Source: Candidatus Scalindua sp. (GTDB lineage: Bacteria; Planctomycetota; Brocadiia; Brocadiales; Scalinduaceae). Taken from it: 52,579 nt of DNA. Shown piece after piece: positions 47,652 through 52,579 of the stretch. The stretch covers positions 1 to 52,579 of the forward strand of contig JBHHYW010000001.1 in assembly GCA_046757745.1 (NCBI GenBank). The letters are read 5' to 3'. The position numbers were made by a program, and so were the translations under genes. How positions within the stretch are numbered: position 1 is the stretch's first letter; the number at the start of each line of letters is the position of its first letter. The notes beneath the pieces were generated by a model that saw only the letters and a program-made list of their open reading frames with translations, did no database searches and was not told the DNA's origin.

Positions 47652-49451
47652 TCAACTATTCCTCGGCTCCTTCAGTTGCGAGCTACAAGGATTAAGTTTT
47701 TTCCTCTTTATTACGAAATTTCCAATTACCAAAACATCCATAGATGTTCTTAAGAAACAATTGATGGCTTCTTCCGGCTTATTTACAATTGGTTCATTTT
47801 CATTAAATGACGTATTTAGTATTACAGGCACGCCAGTTTTTTCTTTAAAAAACTTAATTAGTTTATAGTATAATGGATTATTTACCTTGTTTACAGTTTG
47901 AAGTCTGCCTGAACCATCAACATGTGTAACCGCAGGAATTAAATTTCTTTTTTCTTTTTTTACTGGATAGACTTTAACCATAAAGGGGTCAGGAGAATCC
48001 TTTTCAAAATATTCACCTAAATCCTCCTCCATAATCGAAGGCGCAAATGGACGAAATTTCTCTCTGAATTTAATCTTAGTATTGATGATTTCTCTCATGT
48101 CAGGCCTTCTCGGATCTGCAATTATGCTTCTATTACCCAAAGCTCGAGCGCCCCATTCCATACGGCCTTGAAACCATCCTACTACCAAACCTTCAGAAAC
48201 GATTTTCGCTATTTTCTTGCATAGTTTATTTTCATCAGAAATTTCTTCTACTATAAATTCCTCTTGATTTTCATTAAATTTACTGAAGACCGCATCTCGC
48301 ATTGCTTTTTTTTGATATTCCGTACCCCAAAACGCATTATCCATAGAGAATGAATGCTTACCACCTAACTTCTGGTTCCATACATAATAAGCCGCCCCCA
48401 ATGACGTCCCATTATCTCCGGAAGCAGGTTGTATAAATATATCCTTAAATTGTGTATTATCAAATATTTTGCCATTTGCAACACTGTTCATTGCGCACCC
48501 ACCTGCAAGACAAAGATTATTACATTTAGTTTTGTTGTATAAATCATTTAAGAGATGGAAAAAACATTCTTCATAAACCACCTGTAAAGATGCAGCAATA
48601 TCCTCGTGTCTTTTTTCTAAATTCTCTCCTTCAGGTCTTCTTGCAGGCCCTAACAACTCCTCTAATTTTTTAGTGAAGTGAGGGGTAGAAACAGGTTCTC
48701 CTTTATTCCCCTCGAAATTCCCACCGGTAAGGTGATGGTCAAAATATTTAAGATTTAACTCAAATTTCCCATCTCTCTGGAGTTTAACCAGTTTTCTAAT
48801 CTCATTCACATACCTTGATCTTCCATAAGGCGCAAGACCCATTACTTTATACTCGTCACCAAATTTCATAAATCCAAGATATTGCGTAATAGTCAGATAT
48901 AACATACCAAGTGAATGCGGATAATACGTTTTTTGCAGTAATCTAATGGTATTACCTTCTCCCAAAGCCATACTGATACTCACAAAATCACCACATCCAT
49001 CAATTGCCAATGTAGCAGCTTTGCTAAAATCTGATACAAAAAAAGTGCTTGATAAATGCGCTGGATGATGTTCTACATAATGAAATTTAATATTCTTCTT
49101 ATTTTTATCTACCCTAAATACTTTGCATATTTCAGCCTCTATGCTAAGTACCTCATTAGTATTTCTAAATCTGTTCTTAACTAAGTCAAAAGTTGGACGG
49201 TTCTTTATAACAAAAAGAATCTTCCTCAATATATTAGCCTTAGGATTACCTGCAATGGCAACATGATCTAATTGTTCATATGTAATGCCTCCAATATTCA
49301 AACATTTTTGTATAGATTCATCAGGAAAACCTATCCAATGTTTAATTCTTTTAAATCTTTCCTCTTCCATTGCAGCAATCAGCTTGCCATCTTTAATTAA
49401 AGCTACAGATGTATCTGGATGGTAAGCATTTATACCTAATATATATGTCAT
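47652..49451 (-). CDS. O-carbamoyltransferase (NodU/CmcH/TobZ family)
   Basis: EEERFKRIKH, VEHHPAH, IDGCGD, EYKVMGLAPYG, AGGCAMN, GARALGNRS, REKFRPFAP, NTSFNENEP. Confidence 0.95.
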   Translation of the reverse strand: MTYILGINAYHPDTSVALIKDGKLIAAMEEERFKRIKHWIGFPDESIQKCLNIGGITYEQLDHVAIAGNPKANILRKILFVIKNRPTFDLVKNRFRNTNEVLSIEAEICKVFRVDKNKKNIKFHYVEHHPAHLSSTFFVSDFSKAATLAIDGCGDFVSISMALGEGNTIRLLQKTYYPHSLGMLYLTITQYLGFMKFGDEYKVMGLAPYGRSRYVNEIRKLVKLQRDGKFELNLKYFDHHLTGGNFEGNKGEPVSTPHFTKKLEELLGPARRPEGENLEKRHEDIAASLQVVYEECFFHLLNDLYNKTKCNNLCLAGGCAMNSVANGKIFDNTQFKDIFIQPASGDNGTSLGAAYYVWNQKLGGKHSFSMDNAFWGTEYQKKAMRDAVFSKFNENQEEFIVEEISDENKLCKKIAKIVSEGLVVGWFQGRMEWGARALGNRSIIADPRRPDMREIINTKIKFREKFRPFAPSIMEEDLGEYFEKDSPDPFMVKVYPVKKEKRNLIPAVTHVDGSGRLQTVNKVNNPLYYKLIKFFKEKTGVPVILNTSFNENEPIVNKPEEAINCFLRTSMDVLVIGNFVIKRKKLNPCSSQLKEPRNS

Positions 49452-49464
49452 TTTCTAGATTATG

Positions 49465-50937
49465 TTAAAACTGAAAATAGATAAATGGCTGCGTTTTGTC
49501 AAAGAACGCTATTATTGATATCGTTAACGATGCATAAATCACAGAATTATATACCCAACCGAGTTTATCATATAAAAACCTGGCTTGAATCCCTTTAAAA
49601 TTCTTATAAATAAAATAGTAAACAAAAAATCCTGTGTAAAAGAGGACTAAAAGCAAATAATTGTTTTCACGATATGAAATTCTAGCAATAGTACTTATAT
49701 CAAACATTTTAACTAACATATGAACAGCCTGGTTAAGATTTTCCGCCCTGAAAAAAACCCAACCCATCATTACGGCCATTAATGTTACAAGGTAACCCGC
49801 TGATTTCACATACCATTTCGTAGATATTGATGTATTCTTTTTTGTAAATACAGAAATCCATCTGTAAACCTGGATAATCATGGCATGCCACAAACCCCAA
49901 AGTACAAACGTCCAGTTAGCCCCATGCCAAAGTCCCATTATGGCCCAACTGGCAAAAAGGGAAAAAGACCTGCGTTTTTCGGAAATGGTGACTTCTAACC
50001 CTACATCAGCCGCTACTTGTATGCCCCCTGTCGAACTTGAACTCCTGCGAGACTGGCCCATAAAAGGAATATACAAATAATCACGTACCCAACTTGAAAG
50101 AGAAATATGCCAATTCTTCCAGAATAGTCGTGGATTTGCTGCTGTATACGGAAAATTAAAATTTTCCGTAAGGCTTATACCAAGTAATTTCGCACTGCCG
50201 ATAGCAATACTGGTATACCCGGCAAAATCCAAATATATTTGTAAACCAAACGCAAATGCCAGTGACCAGTTATCCAAAATACTATTATATTCATAGGTAC
50301 GGAAACCTTCATTTACAAACGGGGCTATGTTATCTGCAATCACAAGTTTCAGAAAAAGTCCTTCGATTATCCTTCTAATACCATATTTGAATTCGGAAAC
50401 ATCAATTTTTTTTAAAATGTTAAATTGCGGCAATAACTCATGAATTCTCATTATTGGACCAGCCACCAGTTGCGGCCAGAAAATCACATATAAAGCAAAG
50501 TCTCTTAATGATCTGACAACCTTGAAACGTCCTTCCATCACATCAAATGTATATGACATTGACTGAAACGTAAAAAACGAGATACCTAACGGTAAAAATA
50601 TGTCCCACGTAGAGAAATGTACGTCTGTTCCCGCAGAAACAAAAATGTCATTCAATGAATCTGTAAAAAAAGAAAAATATTTAAAATAACAAAGAGCTAG
50701 AACATTAAATATAATAGAAAGCCACCCTATCCATCTCTTTCTATAAGTAAACCTGGTAAGGTAAAAAGTATTTATAATTACGAAGGCTAATAAAAATCCA
50801 TATTCCCACCGATACCAACAATAAAAGAAAAAACTTGCAAATAGTAATAAAATTTTACGAAAATGAAAAGGCAAACACCAATACGCAATTACCACTGTAC
50901 ACAAAAAAAGGATATACTCTAATGTTTGAAATTGCAT
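49465..50937 (-). CDS. MBOAT O-acyltransferase (AlgI/DltB/PatA-like)
   Basis: LPLGISFFTFQ, PQLVAGPI, QIYLDFAGY, FWKNWHISLSSWVRDYLYIP, GLWHGANWTF, terminal FIYFQF. Confidence 0.95.
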   Translation of the reverse strand: MQFQTLEYILFLCTVVIAYWCLPFHFRKILLLFASFFFYCWYRWEYGFLLAFVIINTFYLTRFTYRKRWIGWLSIIFNVLALCYFKYFSFFTDSLNDIFVSAGTDVHFSTWDIFLPLGISFFTFQSMSYTFDVMEGRFKVVRSLRDFALYVIFWPQLVAGPIMRIHELLPQFNILKKIDVSEFKYGIRRIIEGLFLKLVIADNIAPFVNEGFRTYEYNSILDNWSLAFAFGLQIYLDFAGYTSIAIGSAKLLGISLTENFNFPYTAANPRLFWKNWHISLSSWVRDYLYIPFMGQSRRSSSSTGGIQVAADVGLEVTISEKRRSFSLFASWAIMGLWHGANWTFVLWGLWHAMIIQVYRWISVFTKKNTSISTKWYVKSAGYLVTLMAVMMGWVFFRAENLNQAVHMLVKMFDISTIARISYRENNYLLLVLFYTGFFVYYFIYKNFKGIQARFLYDKLGWVYNSVIYASLTISIIAFFDKTQPFIYFQF

Positions 50938-50941
50938 TAGC

Positions 50942-52123
50942 TTACCTCAACAAACCTAAAGCAGACAATTCACCTTCCAGTTTCCTAGCAAATAATATAT
51001 GGCCCTCCTCTTTAAAATGAGCAAAGTCCGGTTGACCGCTATCATAATAACCCCACAGTTCTACAGGTATTACATTTTCATAATCAAGAAAATAAACATT
51101 AGCTGCATATTTTTTAGCTATGGCCCTCATATCATTACAATATTTGGAGTAATCTGAAGCAGGATACGGATTGTCAGCTACTGGTCTTAAAGGAATATTA
51201 TAAATCAATAAGTAAGTATTATTCATCTTACTTACTTCTGATGCCAATTCCATGAACTCCATTGCCTCTTTATAACGACTCATTAATATTGGCCTTTTGG
51301 ATGTGCTATCTATGTTAAAGACAAAATCTCGAACTGATCTTATAGAAGTTCTTATAATTCCATTAATTGCATTACGATTATTGAAAAGTGGTACAAAGTT
51401 GCCTATTATTTCACTTATTTTTGAATCTCCTATATTTTCTCTTATATTGATACTTTCCCTTTTCGAAATTTTAACATTAATTTCGTTTTGCAGTCGTTTG
51501 AGGGCCAAAGGGTATTTATTTTTTAATCTTTCATGATTTTCCAATATCCATCTATTTACTTTGGTATTATACAAGATTGGCTTTATTATTTCTCGTAAAG
51601 TATTTTCTCTAGTGTCGGCATATCTGTAACCATTTACAATAATTAAAGGATGCGGTAAAGCTTCTTCAACGCATAAAAACAAAGTTAATAAAAATTGCTC
51701 AAAAAAAGATATGTTTGGATAAGATATCCCCAGAACAGGATATTTGCCTGGCCATTTGTTACCATTTAATAACTTATGCAAGTGGAAAGCCGCTGGTTGT
51801 TGTCCATCTTTATAATTATTAATCGCATGAAGATGTGAATTGCCAGTCCACACAATCAATCTATTAACACTGTCTGTATTATTCGGTAAAGCGTTCTTCC
51901 AAACCTCTATCTCGCTACTTGATGCTTGAACAAGATGGCCATCAATAAAAGACTGCTCAACAGAATGCATATTTTTGGCTAAACCAAATTCTAAAGGATT
52001 AAAACCTGTTTTGGATAAATACAAATAAATGAAAACAAGTAATACAAATGTTAAAACAGGTGTGCGCCAAATAATAAAAAGTTTTTCTTTGTTTAATTCC
52101 ATTTTCATTTTGAATACATTCAA
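50942..52123 (-). CDS. Membrane-anchored SGNH-like acyltransferase partner (AlgJ/DltD-like)
   Basis: N-terminal TM helix, GNSH (block I Ser) and C-terminal DFAH (DxxH); adjacent to the MBOAT gene. Confidence 0.75.
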   Translation of the reverse strand: MNVFKMKMELNKEKLFIIWRTPVLTFVLLVFIYLYLSKTGFNPLEFGLAKNMHSVEQSFIDGHLVQASSSEIEVWKNALPNNTDSVNRLIVWTGNSHLHAINNYKDGQQPAAFHLHKLLNGNKWPGKYPVLGISYPNISFFEQFLLTLFLCVEEALPHPLIIVNGYRYADTRENTLREIIKPILYNTKVNRWILENHERLKNKYPLALKRLQNEINVKISKRESINIRENIGDSKISEIIGNFVPLFNNRNAINGIIRTSIRSVRDFVFNIDSTSKRPILMSRYKEAMEFMELASEVSKMNNTYLLIYNIPLRPVADNPYPASDYSKYCNDMRAIAKKYAANVYFLDYENVIPVELWGYYDSGQPDFAHFKEEGHILFARKLEGELSALGLLR

Positions 52124-52134
52124 TAATACAACAG

Positions 52135-52300
52135 GTAGAGTAGAGAACTGACGTAGTTGATTAGGTTTAGCCTATCTGTTTCTGCCACTTTCGATTAGAA
52201 GTGCCTCACGAGCCAAACCATACCCTATCTCCAATTCCACCTCATCAAACCGTGCTTAACCTTTTCGAGTACACGGCTTTCCAATCATCTTCTTACAGTG
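52135..52300 (-). mobile_element. Group II intron 3' fragment (domains V and VI), 5'-truncated, no RT ORF in window
   Basis: Minus strand reads GAAAGCCGTGTACTCGAAAAGGTTAAGCACGGTTTGATGAG (DV with AGC triad and GAAA loop), then a long DVI ending CTCTACTCTAC. Confidence 0.85.
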
Positions 52301-52322
52301 GCTTTCGTAGAACTGTGTCCAG

Positions 52323-52530
52323 TGTCAGGTCTTGACATGATACATAATAGTGACAGCCATCATTTATTTCTGTCATTAGTCCACAGTGAAATATGCTCCC
52401 CAGTGGAATAATTGGTTCCACCCTTAAGGAATAGCATTCGCATTCTGTTGGGCACGCGGGGCAAGTCGTATTTCATTGGGCATGTGGGGCAGGCAAGAAA
52501 AAAAGACTGGTCATTTGTTATTTGTCACCC
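52323..52530. repeat. Cluster of nested REP-like inverted repeats and heptamer units
   Basis: TGTCA-GGTCT-TGACA (52323-52337); TGACAG..CTGTCA (52351-52375); CACAGTGAAATA / TATTTCATTGGG (52382-52393 / 52469-52480); tggtcat ttgttat ttgtcac (~52508-52528). Confidence 0.6.
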
Positions 52531-52579
52531 GCCAAAAAGGAGACTGTGTCATAATTAAACGACAAAAGAGGATACCAGT

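Noticed and set aside
1422-51536. Numerous short + strand and nested ORFs in the track (e.g. 15476-15754, 30557-30886, 34800-35207, 43042-43425)
   Set aside because: Shadow frames of long, well-supported minus-strand genes, with no recognisable motifs.
52135-52579. Retron, DGR or intact retroelement
   Set aside because: Only intron DV/DVI is recognisable; no RT ORF and no template/variable repeat pair seen.
1-52579. tRNA/rRNA genes, ops/JUMPstart element, specific promoters
   Set aside because: None recognised; AT-rich intergenic DNA makes promoter calls by eye unreliable.
1-52579. Taxonomic assignment (style is reminiscent of anammox Planctomycetota or other anaerobic lineages)
   Set aside because: No marker gene in the window and the locus is mosaic; this is an impression only.

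Overview
AT-rich bacterial DNA. Nearly the whole window (~1.4-52.1 kb) is one minus-strand cell-surface glycan (O-antigen/EPS/S-layer glycan-type) locus of about 40 genes. Core genes: two initiating phosphoglycosyltransferases, Wzx, a Wzy/WaaL-like protein, GT4/GT2 transferases, WecB, AsnB, two heparinase II/III-like proteins and a bi-domain oxidoreductase. The tailoring set is unusually large: 3 cobalamin-binding radical SAM, 1 SPASM/twitch radical SAM, 5 SAM methyltransferases, a carbamoyltransferase, a nitroreductase and an MBOAT+SGNH acylation pair. Two things stand out. (1) Three paralogous ~630-640 aa GT-C membrane glycosyltransferases are each coupled by a TAATG overlap to an upstream one-helix peptide with a shared W-x3-V-x3-[FY]-[FY]-x-[HQ] motif, and they sit in GT2/flippase/radical-SAM modules. 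(2) A ~284 bp element made only of a GIY-YIG nuclease gene between 15 bp inverted repeats splits a four-helix-bundle gene, and related repeat copies are scattered across the window. Intergenic regions hold remnants the ORF track misses: DegT aminotransferase, GME-like epimerase, AsnB/GT deletion scar, IS5, GxxExxY and a group II intron 3' end. A hicB-hicA pair (HicA has Gln at the catalytic His) lies at the left edge. All calls rest on manual translation and motif recognition, with no database searches. The host cannot be assigned from this window.
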